From Gemmatimonadota bacterium (GTDB lineage: Bacteria > Gemmatimonadota > Gemmatimonadetes > Gemmatimonadales > GWC2-71-9): a stretch of DNA of 64,000 bases. The stretch lies in the NCBI GenBank assembly GCA_039592335.1, contig JBDHBX010000003.1, positions 131,056-195,055 on the forward strand, given 5' to 3'. Shown here piece by piece: positions 9,514 to 17,320 of this stretch (the stretch's first letter is position 1; every line of letters starts with the position of its first letter). The notes under the pieces are model-generated. The model made no database searches and was not told the DNA's origin. It was given only the letters and a program-made list of their open reading frames with translations. Both the position numbers and the translations under genes were made by a program.

Positions 9514-10296
9514 GTGACGGCGCCAGTCGCAGCACTCGGGCAAGGAGCAGCGCGCTCGATCGCCTTGTTGGGGGCGCTGGCGCGCTTCTCCTTCTTCACT
9601 CTGGAGGCGGTGCGGTGGCTTCCCCGGGCCGGCCGCCGCGTAGCCTTCCGGGTGCTGCTCCGGCAGGTGTGGTTCACAGCCCTCCAGGCCCTCCCGATCA
9701 TCCTTGTCCTCTCGTCGATCCTCAGCTTCCTGGTGATCTCACAGGCGGTCCGGGAGCTGGGGCGGCTCGGCGCGACGGAGCTGCTGGGGCGGCTCATGGT
9801 GGTAGTCATCGTGCGGGAGCTGGGACCGCTGATCACGGCCCTGGCGGTGGCGGGCCGATCGGGCACGGCCATCGCGGCGGAGCTGGCCACCAACAAGGTG
9901 ATGGGCGAGATCAATGCGCTGGAGGGCATGGGCATCGATCCCCTGCACTACCACGTGCTGCCGCGCTTCGGGGCCGCCATCCTCTCGATCGTGGGGCTGA
10001 TCATCGTGTTCGATTTGGTCGCGATCGTCTCGGGCTTGCTGGCGGCCACGGCCAACGGGATGATGCCGGAGCGCTACTTCGACATCGTGCTCGCCTCGGT
10101 GTCGGCGGGCGACGTGTGGGTGACCGTGATCAAGGGACTCGTCTTCGGGATCATCGTGGGCACCATCCCCAGCTTCCACGGCCTCCGCGTGCGGGGGTCG
10201 CCCACCGAGATCCCGGTGGCGGCCAGCCGGGCCGCCGTGGGCAGCATCATCGCGATCTTCCTCTGCTCCGGCCTCTTCGTGATTCTCCTAGCATGA
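9514..10296 (+). CDS. mlaE: MlaE-family ABC transporter permease
   Basis: Multi-pass membrane protein with the conserved MlaE stretch RELGPLITALAVAGRSGTAIAAELATNKV..EINALEGMGIDP. Confidence 0.85.
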   Translation: MTAPVAALGQGAARSIALLGALARFSFFTLEAVRWLPRAGRRVAFRVLLRQVWFTALQALPIILVLSSILSFLVISQAVRELGRLGATELLGRLMVVVIVRELGPLITALAVAGRSGTAIAAELATNKVMGEINALEGMGIDPLHYHVLPRFGAAILSIVGLIIVFDLVAIVSGLLAATANGMMPERYFDIVLASVSAGDVWVTVIKGLVFGIIVGTIPSFHGLRVRGSPTEIPVAASRAAVGSIIAIFLCSGLFVILLA

Positions 10297-10961
10297 CGGC
10301 GCCGCTCTGCTTCGAGGACGTGGCCCTGCCGGGACTCGGCTCCCGGATCACGCTGGAGGTACCGGAGCACCGGGCGGTCGTGGTCACCGGCCCCGAGGCA
10401 AGCGGGGTGGACGCTCTGCCCGGGTACGCCCTGGCCCTCAGGCCCCCAGCGGCCGGCCGCGTGCTGCTCTTCGGGGAGGACGTGGCCGGCCTGTCGCGCC
10501 GCGACGCGCTCGCCTTCCGGCGGCAAGTGGGGTATTTGCCCGCCGGTGACGGCCTGCTGCACAACCTCTCCCTGCGGGACAACGTCGCCCTGCCCCTGCG
10601 CTACGGCAGCGACCTCACCGAGCGCGAGATCGACGGCCGCATCCGGATCATGCTGACGATGGTCAAGCTGCCCGACGCGCCGGACCTCCGGCCCGCCGAG
10701 GCCACCGAGGAACAGCGCCGGCGGACGGCCCTCGCGCGGGCGCTGGCGTTCGACCCCCACCTGGTGATCCTGGCCGACCCGTTCGACGGCTTGCCCACCC
10801 GGGCCGCCGCCGAGCTGCTGGAGCTTGCGCGAGGTGGGGAGACCGGGACAGGTTCGAGGCGCACCGTGTTCATGACGGGGCAGTTCATCCCCCAGCTGCT
10901 CGAGTCGCGGGTCGAGGTGCGGTACCGCCTCGCCAAGGGCGCGCTCGTGCGCGACACGTGA
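10293..10961 (+). CDS. MlaF-like ABC nucleotide-binding-domain protein with degenerate catalytic motifs (predicted pseudo-ATPase)
   Basis: ATGA overlap with mlaE. ABC fold is alignable, but Walker A reads GPEASGVD, signature ATEEQ, Walker B VILADP and H-switch MTGQ. Confidence 0.75.
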   Translation: MTAPLCFEDVALPGLGSRITLEVPEHRAVVVTGPEASGVDALPGYALALRPPAAGRVLLFGEDVAGLSRRDALAFRRQVGYLPAGDGLLHNLSLRDNVALPLRYGSDLTEREIDGRIRIMLTMVKLPDAPDLRPAEATEEQRRRTALARALAFDPHLVILADPFDGLPTRAAAELLELARGGETGTGSRRTVFMTGQFIPQLLESRVEVRYRLAKGALVRDT

Positions 10962-11013
10962 GCGGGAGGTAGCCACGGGACGCACCGATTTCCTCGTCGG
11001 GCTCTTCATCCTC

Positions 11014-11892
11014 GTGACCATTGGGATCGTGGTGGGCGCCGTGGTGCTGTCAAGCGGCCTGCTGGAGGGGCGCTACCAGCTGCACATGCTTGCCGCGGAG
11101 GCCGAGGGCCTTACCCAGGACACGCGCGTGGAGCTCCAGGGCCTCGAGATCGGGCGGGTCACGGCCGTCAACCCGCACCTCGACTCCGCGAGCAACCGGC
11201 TCGACTTCATCGCCACGCTGTCGATCCGCGAGCGCTTCCCCGACGGGACACGCCTGCAGCTCCCGATCGGTACCCAGGCGATCATCGCGCCGCCGCCAAC
11301 GCTGGTCGGCGCCGCCATCATCGAGTTCGAGATGCCCCCGCCCTCTCCGGCCTCTGCCTATCTGCAGCCCGGCGACACCCTCGACTCGGAGCGGCGCAGC
11401 AATATGATGGAGGCGCTGCTCGAGATCGCCACCGGCATGAAGGGGGACATTCTCGAAGCCCTCACCGAGACGCGCGACCTCGTGGTGAAGACGACGGCGA
11501 CCGTGGATGAGACAGGTACCCTGCTCGCCAGCGCCCGCCCCCAAGTGGAGCAGGTGCTGGACCAGCTGTCGCAGGGCCTGGAGCGCACCAACAGCATCCT
11601 GGCGCAGGTGGAGCCACGGGTCGGGCCCGTCAGCGACAGCATCATGATCGCGCTCGAGACCACGAACCGGCTGCTGGTGGAGCTCGACAGCCTCGCGATC
11701 ACCGCGCACGACATGGCGAGTGAGAACCGTGAGGACATCGACTTCGCGATTGATCGGCTCACCCGCTCCGCGGTGGTCTTCGAGCACTTCGCCGAGCAGC
11801 TCAGCCGCCGGCCGCTGCGCATGCTGTGGGGCGTCACACCTCCACCGCCACCCGACTCGGCGGTCGCCGACACCACCACGCCGTCGCCATGA
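11014..11892 (+). CDS. MlaD/MCE-family periplasmic substrate-binding protein
   Basis: N-terminal TM followed by an MCE-like beta-barrel start (VELQGLEIGRVTAVNP). The first canonical start is GTG 11014, but the MlaD-like residues RTDFLVGLFILV are encoded in frame upstream. The true start is therefore uncertain. Confidence 0.75.
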   Translation: MTIGIVVGAVVLSSGLLEGRYQLHMLAAEAEGLTQDTRVELQGLEIGRVTAVNPHLDSASNRLDFIATLSIRERFPDGTRLQLPIGTQAIIAPPPTLVGAAIIEFEMPPPSPASAYLQPGDTLDSERRSNMMEALLEIATGMKGDILEALTETRDLVVKTTATVDETGTLLASARPQVEQVLDQLSQGLERTNSILAQVEPRVGPVSDSIMIALETTNRLLVELDSLAITAHDMASENREDIDFAIDRLTRSAVVFEHFAEQLSRRPLRMLWGVTPPPPPDSAVADTTTPSP

Positions 11893-13826
11893 AGTACGCC
11901 CTGCTCCACACCGGCACGTTCGAGCTCGATGCCGTCGCGGCAGCCCTGGAAACCGAGGGCATCACACCGCAGTTGGTCGAGCCGCACGGCGAGCTGGCGG
12001 TGACCGGTTCACCCACCGTGTTGGTGCTCTCCGCGGCGAGCCGTGAGCGCTTCCCGGCCGACCGGTTACGACGGTTCGTGGGCGAGGGTGGAGCGGTGGT
12101 GGCGACCGGCGCCCTCAACGAGCAGGACGTGCCCGACGGGCTGCCCGAGGATCTGATCGCCGCCTTCGTGCCGCACCCGTGGCAGCCGCGCCAGCTCCTG
12201 GTGGCGCTGCGGGGCGCCTACCGCGAGGCCGCGGCCCGCGCCGACTCCATACGCGCGCGGCAGGAGGCGGCGTTCCGCACGCGCGAAATCAAGGAGCTCA
12301 CGCGCATCGGGATGGCGCTCTCCACCGAGCGTGACTACCACGCGCTGCTCGAGCTCATCCTGTCGCAGGCGCTGCGCATCACGGGCTCCGACGGCGGCAG
12401 CCTGTACATCGTGGAGCAGCAGGAGGACGGAACGAGGCGGCTGCGCTTCACCCTGTCCCAGAACGTCTCCCGGCCGGACATCCCGTTTGTCGAGTTCACC
12501 ATGGCGATGGACACGACCAGCATTGCGGGGTACGCGGCGACGACGGGCGAGCCGCTGGTGATCGATGACGTGTACTTCCTGCCGCCCGACGTGGACTACA
12601 CGTTCAACCGTTCGTTCGACGAGAAGTACGGGTACCGCTCGAAGTCGATCCTGACCGTCCCGATGATGGACCACAAGGACGAGGTCATCGGGGTACTACA
12701 GCTCATCAACCGCAAGCGCCACGGCGACGCCGAGCTCGCCGAACCCGAGGACTTCGACGCGGAGGTCATCCCCTACACGCACCGGCTGGTGGAGCTGGTG
12801 TCTTCCATGGCAGGACAGGCGGCCGTATCCATCGAAAACAGCCAGCTGTACGAGGACATCGAGCGGCTGTTCGAGGGGTTCGTGTTGGCGTCCGTGACCG
12901 CCATCGAGCAGCGCGACCCCACCACGTTCGGCCACTCCGGCCGTGTCGCCACAATGACGGTAGGACTGGCGGAGACCGTGGACCGGAACGCCTATGGCCC
13001 CTATCGCCACGTGCGGTTCTCCAGGGAGGAGATCCGGGAGATCCGCTACGCCGGCCTGCTGCACGACTTCGGCAAGGTCGGCGTGCGGGAACAGGTGCTG
13101 GTGAAGGCCAAGAAGCTCTACCCGCCGGACCTCGCGCTGATCCGGCAACGATTCGCGTTCATCCGCCGCACGACCGAGGCCGAGTACCACCGGCAGCGCG
13201 CCGAGTACCTCGAAAAGCACGGAAGGGACGGATACGACAAGTTCCTGCGCACCCTCGAAGGAGAACATGGGGAGCAGTTGGAGGAGCTCGACCGGTTCAT
13301 GCACTTGGTCCTCGAATCAAATGAGCCCACCGTGCTTCCGGAGGGGAGTTTCGAGAACCTGATCCACTTCGCCGACCGGTACTTCGAAGACCTCGATGGC
13401 CGCAGGCAGCCCTATCTCACCGGCGACGAGGTGCGGTTCCTGAGTATTCGCAAGGGGAGCCTGGATGAGAGCGAGCGGTTGGAGATCGAGAGCCACGTGA
13501 CCCATACCTACCGCTTCCTGCTTCAGATTCCCTGGACCAAGGAGCTGCAGTCGATTCCGGCCATCGCCTACGGGCATCATGAGAAGCTGGACGGCACGGG
13601 CTACCCGCGGCGGGTCGCGGGCGGTCAGATCCCGATTCAGACCCGCATGATGACGATCGCCGACATCTTCGACGCGCTCACCGCCGCCGACCGGCCCTAC
13701 AAGCGCGCGGTCCCCGCCCCCAAGGCAGTCGACATCCTCGAGACCGAGACCGAAGCGGGAATGCTCGATCCCGATCTGCTGAAGCTGTTCGTGGAGGCGA
13801 AGGTGTTCGACAAGCGGGAGGAGTGA
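11889..13826 (+). CDS. GAF plus HD-GYP domain protein (predicted c-di-GMP phosphodiesterase) with N-terminal receiver-like domain
   Basis: ATGA overlap with the MlaD stop. HD (GLLHDFGK) and HHEKLDGTGYPR motifs are intact. The central region is GAF-like. Confidence 0.9.
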   Translation: MKYALLHTGTFELDAVAAALETEGITPQLVEPHGELAVTGSPTVLVLSAASRERFPADRLRRFVGEGGAVVATGALNEQDVPDGLPEDLIAAFVPHPWQPRQLLVALRGAYREAAARADSIRARQEAAFRTREIKELTRIGMALSTERDYHALLELILSQALRITGSDGGSLYIVEQQEDGTRRLRFTLSQNVSRPDIPFVEFTMAMDTTSIAGYAATTGEPLVIDDVYFLPPDVDYTFNRSFDEKYGYRSKSILTVPMMDHKDEVIGVLQLINRKRHGDAELAEPEDFDAEVIPYTHRLVELVSSMAGQAAVSIENSQLYEDIERLFEGFVLASVTAIEQRDPTTFGHSGRVATMTVGLAETVDRNAYGPYRHVRFSREEIREIRYAGLLHDFGKVGVREQVLVKAKKLYPPDLALIRQRFAFIRRTTEAEYHRQRAEYLEKHGRDGYDKFLRTLEGEHGEQLEELDRFMHLVLESNEPTVLPEGSFENLIHFADRYFEDLDGRRQPYLTGDEVRFLSIRKGSLDESERLEIESHVTHTYRFLLQIPWTKELQSIPAIAYGHHEKLDGTGYPRRVAGGQIPIQTRMMTIADIFDALTAADRPYKRAVPAPKAVDILETETEAGMLDPDLLKLFVEAKVFDKREE

Positions 13827-13829
13827 GCC

Positions 13830-15356
13830 TCAGGGAGTCCCCCAGCCCCCTCCCCCCGGCGTCTCGACCTGCAGCACGTCCCCAGACTTCATCGTGAGCG
13901 CCACGCGCCCTCCCAGCGGCTCGCCATTGAGCGTGTTGCGGCCTGGGGCTCCGGGCTCCCCTCCGGCGGCCCCCTGTGGCGCGCGGCGACGGCGCTCGCT
14001 GATCACGCTCACCTCCACCTCCGTGAGCGCCTGGTAGGCACGGATCACCCCTTCTCCGCCGCGACGCTGCCCGGCGCCGCCACTGGAGGAGCGGCGAGCG
14101 TACGTCACGATCCGCATGGGGTGTTCCAGCTCGAACACCTCCACCGGCGTGTTGCGGGTGTTGGACATGCCGACGTGCACGCCCGACGGCCCGGACGCTC
14201 CCGGTGAGGCACCCTGCCCCCCCCCGAGCGTCTCATAGTACGTCCACCCGTCGCCGCCGAGCACCACGTTGTTCATCGTGCCCTGCCCCTGGGCGGCGAG
14301 GTCGGCCGCCTCGGCGAGCGCGAGAAACAGCGTGTCAGTGATCCGCTGCGACGTCTCCACGTTCCCGGCGGCGACCGCCCGGGGCCACGGTGCGTTCACC
14401 AGGGATCCCTCGGGGGCCCACACCGTCACGGCGCGGTGCATCCCGCCGTTGGTTGGGATGTCCTCGTCCACCAGGCACCGCAGCACGAACAGCACGGCTG
14501 AGCGCGTGACCGAGAGCGGGCAGTTCACGTTGCCGGCGGCGGCCGCCGCGGTGCCGGCGAAGTCCACCTTCAAGCCGGCGTCGGTGACTTCCACCGTCAC
14601 ACGGATCGGGATGTCCTCTTCGGTGACGCCGTCGCCCTCGAGCCAATCCTCGGCACCGTAGCGACCCGGCCGGACACGCGCGGCGATGGCCGCCCCCGTG
14701 CGCCGCTCGGCGTAGTCGAGCAGATCGCGTACCGCACCCTCCACGTAACCACGACCGTGGCGCTCGATGAGCTCGCGGTAGCGCGCGGCGCCCCGTTCGC
14801 ACGCCGCGAGCTGCGCGGCGAGGTCGCCCCGACGCATGTCGGGCGTGCGCACATTGGCAAGGAGCAGCTGCTCCACGTCCCGTTGCACGGCCCCCCGCGC
14901 GGTCCACTTGACCGGCGGGATGACGAGGCCTTCCTGGAAGATCTCCGTCGAGTGGGGCGGCATGCTCCCCGGACGCGAGCCGCCGACATCGGAGTGGTGG
15001 GCCCGCACCACGGTGTAGGCGGCTACGGCTCCGTCCACCTCCACCGCATGGACCATCGTGATGTCGGGGAGGTGGGTGCCACCGGTGTACGGATCGTTCA
15101 ACACGAACGTGTCGCCGGGCTCGGGATTCAGTCTGCGTACCGCCGACACCGCTTCCGGCATCGCCCCTAGGTGCACCGGGATGTGCGCCGCCTGGGCGAT
15201 CATCTCGCCGTCGGCGCTGAACACGGCTGCCGAAGAGTCCCGCCGCTCGCGCACATTGGGGGAGAGCGCGGTGGCCACCAACACCGCGCCCATTTCCTCC
15301 GCGAGGCCGGAGAACGCGTGGGCCATGACCTCGAGGCCGATAGCGTCCAGCGTCAT
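13830..15356 (-). CDS. Hydantoinase B/oxoprolinase-family protein
   Basis: Length and conserved blocks (NDPYTGGTHLPD, GGGGWGTP at the C-terminus). ATGA overlap with the upstream HyuA-type gene. Confidence 0.85.
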   Translation of the reverse strand: MTLDAIGLEVMAHAFSGLAEEMGAVLVATALSPNVRERRDSSAAVFSADGEMIAQAAHIPVHLGAMPEAVSAVRRLNPEPGDTFVLNDPYTGGTHLPDITMVHAVEVDGAVAAYTVVRAHHSDVGGSRPGSMPPHSTEIFQEGLVIPPVKWTARGAVQRDVEQLLLANVRTPDMRRGDLAAQLAACERGAARYRELIERHGRGYVEGAVRDLLDYAERRTGAAIAARVRPGRYGAEDWLEGDGVTEEDIPIRVTVEVTDAGLKVDFAGTAAAAAGNVNCPLSVTRSAVLFVLRCLVDEDIPTNGGMHRAVTVWAPEGSLVNAPWPRAVAAGNVETSQRITDTLFLALAEAADLAAQGQGTMNNVVLGGDGWTYYETLGGGQGASPGASGPSGVHVGMSNTRNTPVEVFELEHPMRIVTYARRSSSGGAGQRRGGEGVIRAYQALTEVEVSVISERRRRAPQGAAGGEPGAPGRNTLNGEPLGGRVALTMKSGDVLQVETPGGGGWGTP

Positions 15357-17320
15357 GCGCGCTCCAGGACGACCGCGCCGGTGGCGTGGACGGTGCCGTG
15401 CCAGCCCGGCTCGATCCGAATCGTGCAGTCGATCACGTCGAGCATGAACGGTCCATCCACGACGGTCCCGGATCCGAGGGCGTCGAGCGGCGCGCGCCCA
15501 TCGCCGCCCGGCGGCTCCGGCGCGCCCACACGCTCGGCCAGCCGCACGTCGGCGCCCCGCCGGCTCGCGACCACGCGCAGGTTGACCAGCTCGACCGGAC
15601 GCGCCGCATCCGCGTGGCCGAACCGCTCGCGGTGCGTGTCGTGGAAGGCGGCGGCCGTATCATCGCCCGAAGCTCCCACGGGCACGGTGAGCTCATAGCC
15701 CTGCCCCGGGTAGCGGCAGTCGGCAAGGCGCAGCAGCTCCGCTCCCACGAGGGCGTCCCGTGCCTGGTCCTCCAGGTCGGTGAAGGCTGCCTGCGAGCGC
15801 TGAGCGTCGAGCTCGTGTGCGAGGGCATGCAGCGACGACGCGAACTCGAGCTTGTCCGGCGCCGAGGCCAGACCCAGTGCCGACAGGACCCCCGCGTGCG
15901 GTGGCACAAGCGCGCGCTCCATCCCCAGGCTGTCGGCCATGCGACAGGCAAACATGGGACCGGCTCCACCGAACGCGACCAGCGTCATGGAGCGAGGGTC
16001 GACGCCCCGCTCGACGCTCACGCGCCGGAGCGCCCGCACCATGGCGGCGTTGGCGACCTCGATGACGCCGTCCGCGCACCGCTCGAGGGAAAGTCCCGCC
16101 GCCTCCGCCACGTGTCCCACCGCATCTTCCGCCTTCGCCACATCGAGGCGCAGTCCGCCGGCCAACGGATGCGCGGCGTCGAGCCACCCCAGCACCGCGG
16201 CCGCGTCAGTCACGGTCGCTTCGGTCCCTCCGGTGCCGTAGCATGCCGGCCCGGGTATCGCACCCGCGCTGCGCGGTCCCACCCGCAATGCGCCACCTTC
16301 ATCCACCCATGCCACGCTGCCGCCGCCCGCCCCCACGGTCTCGATCAGTACGTGGGGCAGCGCCAACGGCACTCCTCCCACGGCCCCGGCGGCTTGCATC
16401 ATGGGCCGACCACCCAGCACGATGCTGGCGTCGGCGCTGGTGCCACCCATATCGAGCGTGAGAAGATCGTGCATCCCGAGCTGCGCACCGACGAGTCGCG
16501 CGCCCTCGACCCCACCGGCTGGACCCGAAAGCGCGAGCGCTGCCGCGCGCTCGCCCGCCTGGGCGACGCTCAGCGTCCCGCCGTTCGAGGCCATGATCCG
16601 CAGCTCCCCGATGCCGCGGTCCGTGGCGTCTGCGCCCATGCGGGCCAGATAGCCGCTCACCTTGGGACGGAGATACGCCTCGACCGTCGTGGTGCTGGTG
16701 CGCTCATACTCGCGAAACACCGGCAGCACCTCGCAACTGGCAGCGACGGGCGTGTCGGGGAGGGCTTGGCGCAGCGCGGCCGCGAGACGCCGCTCGTGCG
16801 TCGGGTCACGGAAGCTGAACAGGAGCGTCACGGCCACAGCATCGGGCCGGTGTCGCTCGACCTCGGCCACCACGCGTTCTACCTCGGCGTCGACCAACTC
16901 CCGCACCACACCCTCGGCCCCGACCCGCTCGTCGACCCCGACGACGTCGTCGCGCGCCGTGAGGGGCGGCGGGTGGTCACGCGAGAGATCGTAGAGGTGG
17001 GAGCGATCCTGCCGCCGGAGCCAGAGGAGGTCCTCGAAACCCGCCGTGGCAACGAGCACCACACGGCCACTGCTGCGCTCCAGCAGGGCGTTCGTGGCAA
17101 CGGTGGTGCCGTGAATCAGGGCCTGGGCCGCGGACTCCCCGGCCCGCAACCGGCTCACCTCGTCCCACACCTCGGCGGCAACGGTGCCGGGCGTCGATCT
17201 GACCTTGCCGACCGTGACATCGCCGTGGGATGAGAGCGCAACGACATCGGTGAACGTGCCACCGACATCGACGCCGAACCGTGCTACCGCCGACGCCACA
17301 GCGTGTACCCGACGAGGCAC
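15353..17320 (-). CDS. Hydantoinase A/oxoprolinase-family protein
   Basis: N-terminal FGVDVGGTFTDVV and central DMGGTSAD ATPase motifs. The start may instead be GTG 17299, because 17320 overlaps the lnt stop by 37 nt. Confidence 0.85.
   Translation of the reverse strand: MPRRVHAVASAVARFGVDVGGTFTDVVALSSHGDVTVGKVRSTPGTVAAEVWDEVSRLRAGESAAQALIHGTTVATNALLERSSGRVVLVATAGFEDLLWLRRQDRSHLYDLSRDHPPPLTARDDVVGVDERVGAEGVVRELVDAEVERVVAEVERHRPDAVAVTLLFSFRDPTHERRLAAALRQALPDTPVAASCEVLPVFREYERTSTTTVEAYLRPKVSGYLARMGADATDRGIGELRIMASNGGTLSVAQAGERAAALALSGPAGGVEGARLVGAQLGMHDLLTLDMGGTSADASIVLGGRPMMQAAGAVGGVPLALPHVLIETVGAGGGSVAWVDEGGALRVGPRSAGAIPGPACYGTGGTEATVTDAAAVLGWLDAAHPLAGGLRLDVAKAEDAVGHVAEAAGLSLERCADGVIEVANAAMVRALRRVSVERGVDPRSMTLVAFGGAGPMFACRMADSLGMERALVPPHAGVLSALGLASAPDKLEFASSLHALAHELDAQRSQAAFTDLEDQARDALVGAELLRLADCRYPGQGYELTVPVGASGDDTAAAFHDTHRERFGHADAARPVELVNLRVVASRRGADVRLAERVGAPEPPGGDGRAPLDALGSGTVVDGPFMLDVIDCTIRIEPGWHGTVHATGAVVLERA

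Noticed and set aside
15386-17233. 615-aa plus-strand ORF, and similar long antisense ORFs at 17281-18645, 20771-22078, 23584-25041, 35128-36372, 36642-38042, 7814-8851, 8437-9543, 57137-57934, 58972-59748 and 59806-60690
   Set aside because: Each lies opposite a gene with strong motif support. The translations are Arg/Pro/Gly/His-rich and lack any recognisable motif, which is expected in genomes of about 70% GC with few stop codons.
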